64,000 bases of DNA from an uncultured Methylophaga sp. (GCA_964389455.1 CAYMEE010000001.1:83891-147890); one strand, 5' to 3'; numbered from the stretch's first letter, positions 9,192-21,408 are shown. Notes: generated by a model not told the origin, from the sequence alone. Numbers and translations are program-made.

Positions 9192-10420
9192 AAGCTCAAG
9201 CCTCTACCCAGACGCGGTTGTTTCTGCCCCAGGCCCATACTCCGTTGTGCCAATAGATGTTTCGCGACAGGCATCGTATCGAGCAGGGCCAGCCCCGCCC
9301 CGCGAAGATGGCCCAGCAGGCTGATGTCATTACTGAACAACCTCACGAGCTTATCAGTCGCCTGCACCACCTGGTCCTGATCTTTCTGGCGCCAGTCCTG
9401 ATAGCGTTGAAGCAGCGTCATCTCACCGCAGTCTTCACCAGCACCTGCCAGGCATTCTGCCAGAACGGCCACATCACGAAGCCCCAGGTTGAAGCCCTGA
9501 CCGGCAATTGGATGCAGGCTGTGCGCAGCATTACCAATAAACACGACACGCTGTTGTACCGGCATGTCGGATTGCATCAGCGTTAAAGGATGACTGTGGC
9601 GCTGACCAACCCGGATAAAACGACCGGCCCGGTAACCAAAACGCTGTTGAAGCCGTTCAAGAAAGTCGTTATCGCTCAGTTTCAGCAGTGCCTGTTCATC
9701 TCCACTACGAACGGTCCAGACCAGACTGCTGCGGTTATCAGACATTGGCAGCAGTGCCATCGGGCCACTGTCAGTAAAGCGTTCATAGGCCCAGCCCTGA
9801 TGGGGCTTATCCGTACTGATATTGGCGGTGACAGCCGTTTGCTGGTACTGCTGCTCCCAGGCCCCCAGTTTCAATAGCTGGCGGATGGTGGAATCGCGGC
9901 CGTCGGCGGCAACAAGCAGACGAGTTCGAATCTTCTCGCTGTTATCCAGGGTGAGGGTGACATGATCACAATGCTGTTCAAGTGCTGTCACCTGGGCCGG
10001 GCACAGCAGTTTCAGACGCGTCATTTGCTGTAAGCGCTGATTCAAGGTTCGACCCAGATCTCTCGCTGTCATAACCTGACCCAGGGCCGGGACACGTTCT
10101 TTGTCAGCAGACAGGCGGGTGACGCCAAAACGGCCGCGGTCAGAAATATGAATGTATTTGATAGCGGTGGCAAAAGGAGCGATGTCTGGCCACAGGCCCA
10201 TGCTTTGAAAAATGCGCTGCGAGCCATAACTCAAGGCGATGCCGCGGTCATCAAAGCTGGGCTGGCTGTTGCTTTGCAGTGGCTGCGCTTCCACCAGGCC
10301 GATATTGAGTGAGGACTGTTCCAGGGCAACAGCCAGGCAGGCACCAACCATACCGCCGCCGACAATCAAAAGATCGAAGTCTTTGTCAGTGGCTTTTATC
10401 GCGCTGTCAGCCTGATTCAT
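9188..10420 (-). CDS. ubiH: 2-octaprenyl-6-methoxyphenol hydroxylase-like (UbiH)
   Basis: 410 aa with LLIVGGGMVGA and GNAAHSLHPIAGQGFNLG motifs. It lies immediately downstream of pepP. Confidence 0.78.
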   Translation of the reverse strand: MNQADSAIKATDKDFDLLIVGGGMVGACLAVALEQSSLNIGLVEAQPLQSNSQPSFDDRGIALSYGSQRIFQSMGLWPDIAPFATAIKYIHISDRGRFGVTRLSADKERVPALGQVMTARDLGRTLNQRLQQMTRLKLLCPAQVTALEQHCDHVTLTLDNSEKIRTRLLVAADGRDSTIRQLLKLGAWEQQYQQTAVTANISTDKPHQGWAYERFTDSGPMALLPMSDNRSSLVWTVRSGDEQALLKLSDNDFLERLQQRFGYRAGRFIRVGQRHSHPLTLMQSDMPVQQRVVFIGNAAHSLHPIAGQGFNLGLRDVAVLAECLAGAGEDCGEMTLLQRYQDWRQKDQDQVVQATDKLVRLFSNDISLLGHLRGAGLALLDTMPVAKHLLAQRSMGLGQKQPRLGRGLSL

Positions 10421-10433
10421 TGTTTACCCTTTA

Positions 10434-11759
10434 TTAAGCGGCTGAGGCTGAAAAGGCTTCAGCCATTAATGCCTCAATCTCATCAATTTCCTTGGGCGCA
10501 GCTTCTGTCAGGACTTCACAGCCGTCTTTGGTCACCAGCACATCATCTTCGATGCGAATGCCGGTGAAATGCCACTTTTTATCAACATGCTGCGGGTCGC
10601 GGATATATAGACCGGGCTCAACGGTTAATACCATCCCCGGCTCCAGCAGGCGCCACTCTTCATCAATCTTGTAATCACCGACATCGTGAACATCCATGCC
10701 CAGCCAGTGACCGGTTCGGTGCATAAAAAATTCGCGGTAGGCGTTATCGTCGATGAGTTGCTGTAACTCACCTGTGAGCAGCCCCAGATCAATCAAGCCC
10801 TGGGTAAGCACTTCGACCGCCGCTTCATGAGGCTGATTCCAGTGGTTGCCGGGTTTGACTGCTGCAATGGCGGCCTTCTGGGCATCCAATACCACCTGAT
10901 AAAGCCGGCGCTGCGCTTCAGTAAACTTGCCGTTGACTGGGAATGTCCGGGTGATATCGGCAGCGTAGCATTGATATTCGGCACCGGCATCAATCAGCAA
11001 GAGGTCATTATTTTTCAGCTTGCTGTTGTTTTCGATGTAATGCAGGATACAGCCGTTTTCGCCGCCGCCGACGATAGAAGGATAGGCGGGGGAGCGGCAA
11101 CCGTGTTTCATGAACTCATGAATCAGCTCCGCTTCGACTTCATATTCCCATTTACCCGGGCGGGTGAACTGCATCGCACGGATATGGGCTTTTACCGAAG
11201 CTTCGGCGGCATGACGCATGGCCTTAATTTCGGCACCGGATTTAAACAGCCGGAGTTCATTGAGGCTGTATTCCAGATCGACGATTTCATGCGGTGAGTG
11301 TTTGCCGGCGCGGGCTGCCTGACGAAGATGATTGAGCCAGGACACCATGTGTTGATCAAAGGCGGGCTGATTACCCATGGTGTAATAGACTTTCTCCTTG
11401 CCTTCCAGCAGGCCGGGCAAAATATCATCCATATCGCTAATGGGATAGGAGTCATCAGCGCCATAGATTTCAATGACGCCTTCCTGACCGGCGCGGTAAC
11501 CATCCCAGATTTCTTTGTCCAGATCCCGCTCGCGGCAGAACAGGATATATTCGCCATGTGCACGGCCCGGGATCAGCACCATTACTGAGTCCGGTTCATC
11601 AAAACCGGTCAGATAATGAAAGTGACTGTCGCTGCGGTAGGGAAAGTCGACATCGCGGTTACGCGGTGCAATAGGGGCATTGGGCAATACAGCAATACTG
11701 TCTTCGCCCATGATTTCCATCAGACGCTGGCGGCGTTTGGCGAATTCTTTTTTCAACAT
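10434..11759 (-). CDS. pepP: Xaa-Pro aminopeptidase
   Basis: 441 aa. M24B metallopeptidase motifs are present (DAGAEY, HRTGHWLGMDVHD, VLTVEPGLY, IRIEDD). Confidence 0.93.
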   Translation of the reverse strand: MLKKEFAKRRQRLMEIMGEDSIAVLPNAPIAPRNRDVDFPYRSDSHFHYLTGFDEPDSVMVLIPGRAHGEYILFCRERDLDKEIWDGYRAGQEGVIEIYGADDSYPISDMDDILPGLLEGKEKVYYTMGNQPAFDQHMVSWLNHLRQAARAGKHSPHEIVDLEYSLNELRLFKSGAEIKAMRHAAEASVKAHIRAMQFTRPGKWEYEVEAELIHEFMKHGCRSPAYPSIVGGGENGCILHYIENNSKLKNNDLLLIDAGAEYQCYAADITRTFPVNGKFTEAQRRLYQVVLDAQKAAIAAVKPGNHWNQPHEAAVEVLTQGLIDLGLLTGELQQLIDDNAYREFFMHRTGHWLGMDVHDVGDYKIDEEWRLLEPGMVLTVEPGLYIRDPQHVDKKWHFTGIRIEDDVLVTKDGCEVLTEAAPKEIDEIEALMAEAFSASAA

Positions 11760-11820
11760 AGGGCCTGTTTAATCTGTTATGCCTGTCTCACTGCTATTCA
11801 CTGAGGCAGGCGGTTTGTGG

Positions 11821-12372
11821 TTAATGCTCAGTGTTTTTTTCTTCAGTCGGATCGACAGGTTGCAGCTCACCGTAGAGCAGGAATAAACCCATCCGAAGGT
11901 ATTCGACCAGTTCTTCAAAGTTGGCTTTTTCTTCTTCGCTATCCTGAATTTCATCAAAGCTGACCTGGCTGATCTTAATAGCATCGGTCACAAATTCACG
12001 ACAATCATCCGACAGATCGGTTTCATTGGTCATTCCACTGATACCCAGACCGTAAACCAGTCCCTGGCACCAGTCGGCCATAGCCGACAGTCTCGAGGCC
12101 AGTGGCGCATCGTCATCCGGCAGTTCCATCTCAAACTCGAAGTCCAGACTGTTCAGCGATTGCATCGTTTCGTCAAACAGATGGGTCAGATCCTGCTTCT
12201 CCTCTTCGCTGGGGCTGAAATCTTCAAACAACTGTTTATACCAGTTGGTGCGATCGGCAACCGAATCCATGCATAGCAGACCGCAAAGCGCACCCTGCAG
12301 TTCTGCCAGCGTGGCGGGGGCATCTCCAGTCTGTTTACCCGGAGCAAGCGAAGGGAAGTAAAGTTGTGACAT
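11821..12372 (-). CDS. ygfB: UPF0149 family protein YgfB
   Basis: The start is trimmed to MSQLYFPS. The protein is acidic and carries the ADWCQGLVYGLG motif. It holds the conserved position upstream of pepP. Confidence 0.8.
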   Translation of the reverse strand: MSQLYFPSLAPGKQTGDAPATLAELQGALCGLLCMDSVADRTNWYKQLFEDFSPSEEEKQDLTHLFDETMQSLNSLDFEFEMELPDDDAPLASRLSAMADWCQGLVYGLGISGMTNETDLSDDCREFVTDAIKISQVSFDEIQDSEEEKANFEELVEYLRMGLFLLYGELQPVDPTEEKNTEH

Positions 12373-12499
12373 AAAGCTTAAGGTCCTGAATTTAATAACT
12401 AGCCGGCCGGGCGTTGCAATCACGCTGTGGCCCTGAATTAGCCACTATTATGACAGTTGTTGACCCGATTGGCAGGGCGCGTCTATAGTTATAGCCGTG

Positions 12500-12555
12500 T
12501 TACCCCCAATCTGCAGCCCTGAGATATGTTTCAGGCGGCTTTCAGTTGGGGGTAA
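12500..12555. repeat. 10-bp inverted repeat in the ygfB/zapA divergent region
   Basis: TTACCCCCAA (12500-12509) pairs with TTGGGGGTAA (12546-12555). The arms are separated by 36 nt. Confidence 0.4.
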
Positions 12556-12597
12556 ATTGATTATTCTCATTCTCGCATAGCCAAGAACTCACAATAA

Positions 12598-12807
12598 ATG
12601 GATAAACACGCGATTCAACAATTGGAACAGCAAGTCGATGAACTGCTTCGTACCAGTCGCCGTTTGCGAGAAGAGAACATGCTGCTCAAATCTCAACAGG
12701 CAGCCTGGCTGAGCGAAAGGGCTCAACTGATTGAAAAAACCGATGTGGCTCGAAACCGTATTGAAAAAATGGTCAGTCGTCTGAAAGAATTGGATAATGA
12801 ATTATGA
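12598..12807 (+). CDS. small coiled-coil protein upstream of zapA (ZapB-like; family unverified)
   Basis: 69 aa with heptad-rich sequence (LEQQVDELLRTSRRLREENMLLKSQQAAWLSERAQLIEK). It overlaps the zapA start by 4 nt. Confidence 0.7.
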   Translation: MDKHAIQQLEQQVDELLRTSRRLREENMLLKSQQAAWLSERAQLIEKTDVARNRIEKMVSRLKELDNEL

Positions 12808-13109
12808 GTTCACCGGTTACCGTCAACATCCTGGGTAAGGAGTATCAGATTGCCTGCCCGGAAGAAGAAAAAGAGGCATTGATTGCCTCAGCGCGCATGG
12901 TTCACGAGAACATGGAAAAGATCCGCCAGAGTGGCAAGGTGGTCGGTGTCGATCGCATTGCAGTGATGGCGGCGCTCAATATTGCGCATGAGCTGATTCA
13001 AATCCAGCATGATGAGAGTCATGACCTGGAAAAAGTGAACAATAAAATTTTGCAGCTCAAAGAGCGGGTTAGTGCATTTCTGGATGAAGATCGCCAGCTC
13101 GAACTGTAA
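12804..13109 (+). CDS. zapA: cell division protein ZapA
   Basis: 101 aa. The N-terminus VTVNILGKEYQIACPEEEKEALIASARMVHENMEKIR matches the ZapA family. ssrS follows, as in E. coli. Confidence 0.9.
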   Translation: MSSPVTVNILGKEYQIACPEEEKEALIASARMVHENMEKIRQSGKVVGVDRIAVMAALNIAHELIQIQHDESHDLEKVNNKILQLKERVSAFLDEDRQLEL

Positions 13110-13154
13110 AAAAATTTGAGCTTAGCGAATTAATATTGCGTATCATTTAGTTAT

Positions 13155-13336
13155 GTCCCTGCGGTGCTCGACAGCGACACTGTGTGTCTTGAGCCGATAA
13201 GCAAATGCTTAGGAAACCAAAATCTCGAAGTCGAAAAACAGGCCCGCTTTGACGGGAAGTTTGCCGGCTTCATGCGGTTTCCCTCTTGGACCCGATGGTT
13301 CAAGAACCCCCGTCGCATCGACACTGTGGGGCTTCA
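13155..13336 (+). ncRNA. ssrS: 6S RNA
   Basis: It lies directly downstream of zapA, the conserved gammaproteobacterial locus. It contains GAGCCGAUA and GGUUCAAG segments like E. coli 6S RNA. The 5' end (CCCUGCGGUGCUCGACAGCGAC) pairs with the 3' end (GUCGCAUCGACACUGUGGGG) to form a closing stem. The ends are approximate, within about 10 nt. Confidence 0.75.
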
Positions 13337-13347
13337 TTTTTCCCCTT

Positions 13348-13420
13348 ATCCTCATCTACTGTGAAAGCAGTCATAACCAACAAGTAATAATGGCTGAGCA
13401 GTGTGATGAGGATATTTTTT
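13348..13420 (+). terminator. long imperfect hairpin plus T6 after 6S RNA
   Basis: ATCCTCATC..ACTG pairs with CAGT..GATGAGGAT, with an inner CAGTCAT/ATGGCTG pairing. TTTTTT follows at 13415-13420. Confidence 0.55.
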
Positions 13421-13446
13421 ATCTCGCATTTCCGAGTTCAATCACG

Positions 13447-14265
13447 CTACTGATCCCGAATTAGTGCCATCACACTTTGTGTATCAGGCATAACTCCCCG
13501 CCAGAGCCGGAATGCTTCCGCAGCCTGTTCAACCAACATGCCGAGACCGTCAATGGCCTTAGCCGAATCATGTTGTTTGGCCCAGGTGATAAAAGCAGTA
13601 TCGGCATCGCTGTACATCATGTCGTAGCAGGCCGCATTGTCCGCGAGCAGATCCTCGGGTAGAGGCGGGACTTCTCCCTGCAGGCTGGCGGCAGTGGCGT
13701 TAATAACTACATCAAATGGCGGCTTGATGTCTTCAAAACCGCCGCCGCGGATGTGACCAAGGTCACTGAACAGATCCGCCAGCGCGTGGGCTTTACTGGC
13801 CGTGCGGTTGGCCACGAACAGCTCAAGCGGGTCATAACTCAACAATGGCTCAATCACACCCCGCGCGGCACCACCAGCGCCCAGGAGGAGAACGCGTTTG
13901 CCTCTGAGTTCAATGCCATTGTTCTCGGTCAGATCCCGACACAGGCCAACACCGTCGGTGTTGTCGCCATAGATTGAACCATCCTCATTAAATACCAGGG
14001 TGTTAATCGCACCAGCCCGCTTGGCCCGGTTTGACTGATTCTGGACCAGTTGCCATGCCTTTTCCTTGAAGGGCACAGTAATATTGATGCCTTTGAGTTT
14101 GAGAATGTCGCGCAGCTGGCTCAGGCTGCTTTCCAGTTGGTCCTGCGGGACCTCAATCGCCGTGTATTCGAGAGCCTGTTCGGTCTGCTTGGCAAACTCA
14201 CTGTGAATCAGAGGTGACTTACTGTGGCTGATGGGGTTGCCTATCACGGCGTACTTGTCGGTCAT
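13447..14265 (-). CDS. aroE: shikimate dehydrogenase
   Basis: 272 aa. Motifs are VIGNPISHSKSPLIH, NITVPFK, GDNTDG and LLLGAGGAARG. Confidence 0.93.
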   Translation of the reverse strand: MTDKYAVIGNPISHSKSPLIHSEFAKQTEQALEYTAIEVPQDQLESSLSQLRDILKLKGINITVPFKEKAWQLVQNQSNRAKRAGAINTLVFNEDGSIYGDNTDGVGLCRDLTENNGIELRGKRVLLLGAGGAARGVIEPLLSYDPLELFVANRTASKAHALADLFSDLGHIRGGGFEDIKPPFDVVINATAASLQGEVPPLPEDLLADNAACYDMMYSDADTAFITWAKQHDSAKAIDGLGMLVEQAAEAFRLWRGVMPDTQSVMALIRDQ

Positions 14266-14271
14266 AAAAGC

Positions 14272-15436
<1,165 letters not shown>

Positions 15437-15456
15437 ACATCTGGTGGAGGTCTCCC

Positions 15457-16587
15457 TTGCGAACGAGTGCATTACTTGCTCTTGAAGACGGCACGGTCTA
15501 TCACGGCGAATCGATTGGAGCCATAGGCCAGTCAGTCGGTGAAGTTGTGTTTAACACAGCAATGACTGGCTATCAGGAAATCCTGACCGATCCTTCCTAT
15601 ACCCGTCAAATAGTGACTTTGACCTATCCGCACATCGGTAATACCGGTGTTAATGCGGAAGATGAAGAGTCTGATCAGGTTTATGCGAGTGGTTTGATCA
15701 TCCGCGATTTGTCTCCGGTGGTCAGTACATGGCGAAGTGAAGAATCTTTGGATGCTTACCTGACCCGTAATAATGTGGTCGGTCTGGCTGGCATTGATAC
15801 CCGCGCCCTTACACGCCGACTGCGTGAGAAAGGCGCGATGAATGGCTGCATCGTGGCCGGCGATAATATTGATGTGAATGCGGCTATCGAAGCAGCCAAA
15901 TCCTTCGAAGGCCTGAAAGGCATGGACCTGGCCAAAGTGGTCAGCACCAAGGATAGCTACAGCTGGGATGACGGCATTTGGCATCTGGACGGCCAACCGA
16001 AAGCGACAGAACCCCGTTTTCATGTCGTGGCTTATGATTACGGTGCCAAGAAAAACATCCTGCGCATGCTGGTGGAACGGGGTTGTAAGCTGACTGTCGT
16101 TCCGGCTCAGACCTCTGCTGAAGAGGTCCTGGCCCTGAACCCCGACGGTGTGTTCCTGTCAAACGGACCCGGTGATCCTGAACCCTGTGATTACGCGATT
16201 GAAGCGATCCAGACGCTGTTGGAAAAAGAACTGCCGATTTTCGGTATCTGTCTGGGTCACCAGTTGCTGGGCCTGGCCTGTGGTGCCAAGTCGGTCAAAA
16301 TGAAATTTGGCCATCACGGTGCCAACCATCCGGTTCAGGAACTGCTGGCAGGACTGGTCATGATCACCAGTCAGAATCACAGTTTTGCGATTGATGAGGC
16401 AACACTGCCTGAGACCCTGACTGCGACCCATCGCTCGCTGTTTGACGGTACCCTTCAGGGCATTCATCACACCAGCAAGCCGGCATTCAGTTTCCAGGGG
16501 CACCCTGAAGCCAGTCCGGGCCCGCAAGACGCGGCTCCACTTTTTGATCACTTTATCGATTTACTCGAACAAGCGACAGGTAAATAA
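15457..16587 (+). CDS. carA: carbamoyl-phosphate synthase small subunit
   Basis: 376 aa with a TTG start 6 nt after GGAGG. The glutamine amidotransferase motif GICLGHQLL and the N-terminal CPSase small-chain domain are present. Confidence 0.96.
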   Translation: MRTSALLALEDGTVYHGESIGAIGQSVGEVVFNTAMTGYQEILTDPSYTRQIVTLTYPHIGNTGVNAEDEESDQVYASGLIIRDLSPVVSTWRSEESLDAYLTRNNVVGLAGIDTRALTRRLREKGAMNGCIVAGDNIDVNAAIEAAKSFEGLKGMDLAKVVSTKDSYSWDDGIWHLDGQPKATEPRFHVVAYDYGAKKNILRMLVERGCKLTVVPAQTSAEEVLALNPDGVFLSNGPGDPEPCDYAIEAIQTLLEKELPIFGICLGHQLLGLACGAKSVKMKFGHHGANHPVQELLAGLVMITSQNHSFAIDEATLPETLTATHRSLFDGTLQGIHHTSKPAFSFQGHPEASPGPQDAAPLFDHFIDLLEQATGK

Positions 16588-16593
16588 CTCACG

Positions 16594-19500
16594 ATGGCGA
16601 AACGTACTGATATTCAAAGTATTCTGATTCTGGGCGCAGGTCCGATTGTTATCGGCCAGGCCTGTGAATTCGACTATTCCGGTGCTCAGGCATGTAAAGC
16701 CCTCAAAGAGGAAGGCTATCGGGTCATCCTGGTGAACTCTAACCCGGCCACCATCATGACCGACCCTAATATGGCTGATGCCACCTACATTGAGCCTATT
16801 AACTGGCAAGCAGTAAAAAAGGTCATTGAAGCCGAACGTCCTGACGCCATCCTGCCCACCATGGGTGGCCAAACAGCGCTGAACTGTGCATTGGATCTGG
16901 AGAAAAACGGCGTTCTGGCCGAATTCGGCGTGGAAATGATTGGTGCCGACAGCGAAGCCATCAACAAAGCCGAAGACCGTGACCTGTTCCGCGAAGCGAT
17001 GCGTAAAATCGGTCTTGATATGCCTCAGTCCGACATTGCCCACAGCCTCGATGAAGCGCTGTCTGTGCAGGAAAAATTTGGCTTTCCGGTCATCATTCGT
17101 CCGTCATTCACCATGGGCGGCAGCGGTGGTGGTATCGCCTACAACAAGCAGGACTTTGTTGAGATTTGTCAGCGTGGTCTTTACCTGAGCCCGACCCACG
17201 AACTGCTGATTGAAGAATCGATCATCGGTTGGAAAGAATATGAAATGGAAGTGGTGCGTGACCGCAAGGACAACGCCATCATTATCTGTTCGATTGAAAA
17301 CCTGGATCCGATGGGGGTTCATACTGGTGACTCCATTACGGTAGCGCCGGCCCAGACCCTGACTGACAAAGAGTATCAAATCATGCGTAACGCCTCGCTG
17401 GCGGTACTGCGTGAGATTGGTGTCGATACCGGTGGTTCCAACGTGCAGTTTGCGGTGAACCCGGAAACCGGTCGTCTGATTATTATTGAAATGAACCCGC
17501 GGGTATCACGTTCATCTGCTCTGGCCTCTAAAGCCACGGGCTTCCCGATTGCCAAGGTCGCTGCCAAGCTGGCGGTAGGTTATACCCTGGATGAATTGCA
17601 GAACGAAATCACCGGTAACGCGACACCGGCTTCGTTTGAGCCTTCCATAGATTACGTCGTCACCAAGGTGCCGCGATTTACTTTCGAGAAATTCCCACAG
17701 GCTGATAATCGTCTGAGCACACAGATGAAATCTGTCGGTGAAGTCATGGCGATTGGTCGCAGCTTCCAGGAATCATTGCAAAAAGCGCTGCGCGGTCTGG
17801 AAATTGATCGTGATGGCCTGAATGAAATTCTGGATCTGACTGTTGAAGGCGTGGAGGAAACCCTGCGCCGTGAGCTGAGCCTGCCCGGCTCTGATCGCCT
17901 GTGGTACGTGGCTGATGCTTTCCGCTATGGATTCAGCTTCGAGGAAGTTCAGCGTCTGACGCACATCGATCCCTGGTTCCTGATTCAAATCCAGGAAATC
18001 GTCGAGATCGAAAACAACCTGAAAGAGCGCTCGCTTAACGATCTGGATCAGAACGAAATGTTCCGCCTCAAGCGAAAAGGCTTTGCCGACTCACGTCTGG
18101 CTAAACTGCTGCAGAAAACCGAAAAGCAGGTGCGCGAATACCGACAGGAAATGCAGGTGCGTCCTATCTATAAACGCGTCGATACCTGTGCCGCGGAGTT
18201 TGCGACAACGACTGCATACATGTACTCAAGCTACGATATCGAATGCGAAGCTGAGCCAAGCGATCGTGACAAAATCATGATTCTGGGTGGTGGCCCTAAC
18301 CGTATCGGTCAGGGCATCGAATTCGATTATTGCTGTGTCCATGCGGCACTGGCTTTGCGAGAAGACGGTTATGAAACGATCATGGTCAACTGTAACCCGG
18401 AAACCGTCTCTACCGATTACGATACCTCTGATCGTCTCTACTTCGAATCATTGACGCTGGAAGATGTGCTGGAAATCGTTGACCTGGAAAAACCCAAAGG
18501 CGTGATTGTTCAGTTCGGCGGTCAGACACCGTTGAAACTGGCGCGAGCACTGGAAGCAGCCGGTGTCCCGATTATTGGTACCTCACCGGACGCCATCGAC
18601 CATGCTGAAGACCGTGAACGTTTCCAGCAGATGGTCGAGAAACTGGGGCTGTTGCAGCCGCCTAACCGACTGGCGCACTCGATTGACAATGCAGTCAATC
18701 TGGCTGCAGAAATCGGTTATCCGCTGGTGGTACGCCCGTCATACGTTCTGGGTGGCCGCGCGATGGAAATTGTCTACAATGAGGAAGAGCTGCAGCGCTA
18801 TATGCTGAATGCGGTGAAGGTCTCCAATGATTCACCGGTGCTGCTGGATCGTTTCCTGGATGATGCCATTGAAGTGGATGTCGATGCCATTTGTGATGGT
18901 AAAGAAGTCCTGATCGGCGGCATCATGGAACATATCGAACAGGCCGGTGTTCACTCGGGTGACTCTGCCTGTGCGATTCCGCCATACAGCTTGAGTAACG
19001 CGGTTCAGGATCAGATGCGTGAGCAGGTACGTCAGATGGCACTGGAACTGGGTGTTAAAGGTCTGATGAATACGCAGTTTGCAATCAAGGGTGAAGAAAT
19101 TTATATCCTCGAAGTCAACCCGCGTGCTTCCCGTACCGTGCCTTATGTCTCCAAATCTATCGGTGTGCCGCTGGCTAAAGTCGCCGCTCGTGCCATGGCC
19201 GGCCGAACACTGCAGGATCAGGACGTCACCAAGGAAGTGATTCCAAGCTACTACTCGGTGAAAGAAGCGGTATTCCCGTTCATCAAGTTCCAGAACGTGG
19301 ATCCAATTCTGGGACCAGAAATGAAATCCACCGGTGAAGTCATGGGTGTGGGGCGTACCTTCGGGGAAGCTTTTGCCAAATCGCAGCTGGCAGCCTCAGT
19401 GGTTCTGCCAACGGGCGGTACTGCCTTTATTAGTGTGCGTGAGGCTGATAAGGTAGCCGTAGTGCAGATTGCCAAAGACTTGGCAGCACTGGGCTTCTCT

Positions 19501-19812
19501 TTGCTCGCAACACGCGGCACACAGAAAGTACTGGTCGAGGCCGGTGTCGATTGTGCGCCGGTCAACAAAGTGGCTGAAGGTCAGCCGCACATCGTTGACA
19601 TGATCAAAAACGACGAAATCAATCTGATCGTCAATACCACTGAAGGACGTCAATCCGTTGCCGATTCGCGGGAGATTCGTCGTGCCGCATTGCACCATCA
19701 GGTGAACTACACCACCACCTTGGCTGCGGCGCGTGCAACAGTGCAAGCCCTTAATAGTGAAGACATTGTTTCTGTGAACAGACTGCAATCTTTGCATGGA
19801 GAATTACATTAA
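16594..19812 (+). CDS. carB: carbamoyl-phosphate synthase large subunit
   Basis: 1072 aa. It has duplicated ATP-grasp halves and an MGS-like C-terminal domain. Confidence 0.97.
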   Translation: MAKRTDIQSILILGAGPIVIGQACEFDYSGAQACKALKEEGYRVILVNSNPATIMTDPNMADATYIEPINWQAVKKVIEAERPDAILPTMGGQTALNCALDLEKNGVLAEFGVEMIGADSEAINKAEDRDLFREAMRKIGLDMPQSDIAHSLDEALSVQEKFGFPVIIRPSFTMGGSGGGIAYNKQDFVEICQRGLYLSPTHELLIEESIIGWKEYEMEVVRDRKDNAIIICSIENLDPMGVHTGDSITVAPAQTLTDKEYQIMRNASLAVLREIGVDTGGSNVQFAVNPETGRLIIIEMNPRVSRSSALASKATGFPIAKVAAKLAVGYTLDELQNEITGNATPASFEPSIDYVVTKVPRFTFEKFPQADNRLSTQMKSVGEVMAIGRSFQESLQKALRGLEIDRDGLNEILDLTVEGVEETLRRELSLPGSDRLWYVADAFRYGFSFEEVQRLTHIDPWFLIQIQEIVEIENNLKERSLNDLDQNEMFRLKRKGFADSRLAKLLQKTEKQVREYRQEMQVRPIYKRVDTCAAEFATTTAYMYSSYDIECEAEPSDRDKIMILGGGPNRIGQGIEFDYCCVHAALALREDGYETIMVNCNPETVSTDYDTSDRLYFESLTLEDVLEIVDLEKPKGVIVQFGGQTPLKLARALEAAGVPIIGTSPDAIDHAEDRERFQQMVEKLGLLQPPNRLAHSIDNAVNLAAEIGYPLVVRPSYVLGGRAMEIVYNEEELQRYMLNAVKVSNDSPVLLDRFLDDAIEVDVDAICDGKEVLIGGIMEHIEQAGVHSGDSACAIPPYSLSNAVQDQMREQVRQMALELGVKGLMNTQFAIKGEEIYILEVNPRASRTVPYVSKSIGVPLAKVAARAMAGRTLQDQDVTKEVIPSYYSVKEAVFPFIKFQNVDPILGPEMKSTGEVMGVGRTFGEAFAKSQLAASVVLPTGGTAFISVREADKVAVVQIAKDLAALGFSLLATRGTQKVLVEAGVDCAPVNKVAEGQPHIVDMIKNDEINLIVNTTEGRQSVADSREIRRAALHHQVNYTTTLAAARATVQALNSEDIVSVNRLQSLHGELH

Positions 19813-20288
19813 TGGCTGTACCTATTACTTCGCGCGGTGCCGAAGCACTGAAGGACGAACTGAAACAACTGAAAACCGTTGCCCGGCCGCAGGTCGTGGC
19901 CGCAATCGCGGAAGCACGTGAGCACGGTGATTTGAAAGAAAACGCCGAGTATCACGCTGCCCGTGAGCAGCAGAGCTTTATTGAGGGCCGTATTCAGGAG
20001 CTGGAAGGCACACTGTCGCAATCACAGATCATCGATCCGGCCTCTCTGCCTAAAGATGGTCGTGTGGTTTTCGGCGTCACAGTCACCTTGCTCAATATTG
20101 ATAACGATGCTGAGGTTAAATATCAGATAGTAGGCGACTATGAGTCTGATATTAAGCTGAACCGGATTTCGGTCTCGTCACCGATTGCCCGTGCGCTGAT
20201 CGGCAAGGAAATCGATGATGTTGTCACGGTTCAGGCTCCGGGCGGTAATATCGAATATGAAATCGTCGATATCAGCTACGAGAGCTGA
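19812..20288 (+). CDS. greA: transcription elongation factor GreA
   Basis: 158 aa with the N-terminus [18 protein letters not shown]. The TAATG junction overlaps the carB stop. Confidence 0.95.
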   Translation: MAVPITSRGAEALKDELKQLKTVARPQVVAAIAEAREHGDLKENAEYHAAREQQSFIEGRIQELEGTLSQSQIIDPASLPKDGRVVFGVTVTLLNIDNDAEVKYQIVGDYESDIKLNRISVSSPIARALIGKEIDDVVTVQAPGGNIEYEIVDISYES

Positions 20289-20296
20289 AGCCTAAG

Positions 20297-20758
20297 ATGT
20301 TCTCAGGTTACAGTGGTGAACGCTTACTGCTCACTTTGTGGGTGGGCAGTCTCTGGGCTATCGGCTATCTTGCGGTGCCCATGGCCTTTGCCAACCTGGA
20401 AGTGCATATTGCCGGCAATTATGCCGGCAAACTATTTTATGCGGTTAATATCATTGGTGTGGTGTCAGCGACTATTCTGCTGATCAGCCGTCTGTTTGTT
20501 TTCGGTGTTCGTGCGTTTCCACGATATTGGCGCAGTTGGTTGATTTTGCTGATGCTGCTGGTGAGTCTTGCCTTTGTCGGCTTTATCCAGCCGGAAATGC
20601 AGGCTTTAAAACAAATAGGCCTGGAGCAGGGCAGTAACATCGAACGTTTCAATGATCTGCATAAACTGAGTGAAAATCTCTATTTGCTGTTGAGCCTGTT
20701 TGGGTTAATGTTGGTATTAACCACTGACAAACGTGCTGAAGCAGCCAACGAAGGCTGA
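20297..20758 (+). CDS. DUF4149-like membrane protein
   Basis: 153 aa with four predicted TM helices. It occupies the position after greA, as in Pseudomonas. Confidence 0.6.
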   Translation: MFSGYSGERLLLTLWVGSLWAIGYLAVPMAFANLEVHIAGNYAGKLFYAVNIIGVVSATILLISRLFVFGVRAFPRYWRSWLILLMLLVSLAFVGFIQPEMQALKQIGLEQGSNIERFNDLHKLSENLYLLLSLFGLMLVLTTDKRAEAANEG

Positions 20759-20761
20759 GTT

Positions 20762-21379
20762 ATGGCCAGAAGTAAATCCAGTCAAGGCTGGCTCAAAGAA
20801 CACTTTGATGACCAGTATGTCAAAAAAGCCCAGCAGGCGGGCCACCGCTCGCGCGCCACTTTCAAGCTCGAAGAAATCGATAAAAAGGATAAGCTGGTCA
20901 AACCCGGCATGAGTGTGGTTGATCTGGGTGCCGCACCGGGTGGCTGGTCTGATTATGCCCTGGGTAAAGTCGGTGACAAAGGCACCGTGGTTGCGCTCGA
21001 CATCTTGGAAATGACACCGCTGACCGGTGTTCACTTCATTCAGGGTGACTTCCGTGAGGATGAAGTGCTGGATGAACTCAATAAGGTACTGGATGGTCGA
21101 CAGATAGACCTTGTTTTATCGGATATGGCCCCCAATATGACAGGAGTAGGATCAATTGATCAGCCTTCCAGCATGCATCTGGTGGAACTGGCATTGGATT
21201 TTGCCGTCACCAACCTGAGTAAACAGGGCAGTTTTCTGGTCAAAGTGTTTCAGGGTGAGGGCTTTGATGAATTTCTTAAGGACATGCGGGACAGCTTCAA
21301 TAAAGTTGTCACCCGCAAGCCTGATGCGTCCAGAGCGAGGAGTCGTGAAGTCTACCTGCTCGGTCGCGGACTAAAATAG
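20762..21379 (+). CDS. rlmE: 23S rRNA 2'-O-ribose U2552 methyltransferase
   Basis: 205 aa. Motifs are [27 protein letters not shown] and VLSDMAPN. It lies upstream of ftsH. Confidence 0.95.
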   Translation: MARSKSSQGWLKEHFDDQYVKKAQQAGHRSRATFKLEEIDKKDKLVKPGMSVVDLGAAPGGWSDYALGKVGDKGTVVALDILEMTPLTGVHFIQGDFREDEVLDELNKVLDGRQIDLVLSDMAPNMTGVGSIDQPSSMHLVELALDFAVTNLSKQGSFLVKVFQGEGFDEFLKDMRDSFNKVVTRKPDASRARSREVYLLGRGLK

Positions 21380-21408
21380 CGTTTAATGGTAACCAGAGGT
21401 ACCAAACA

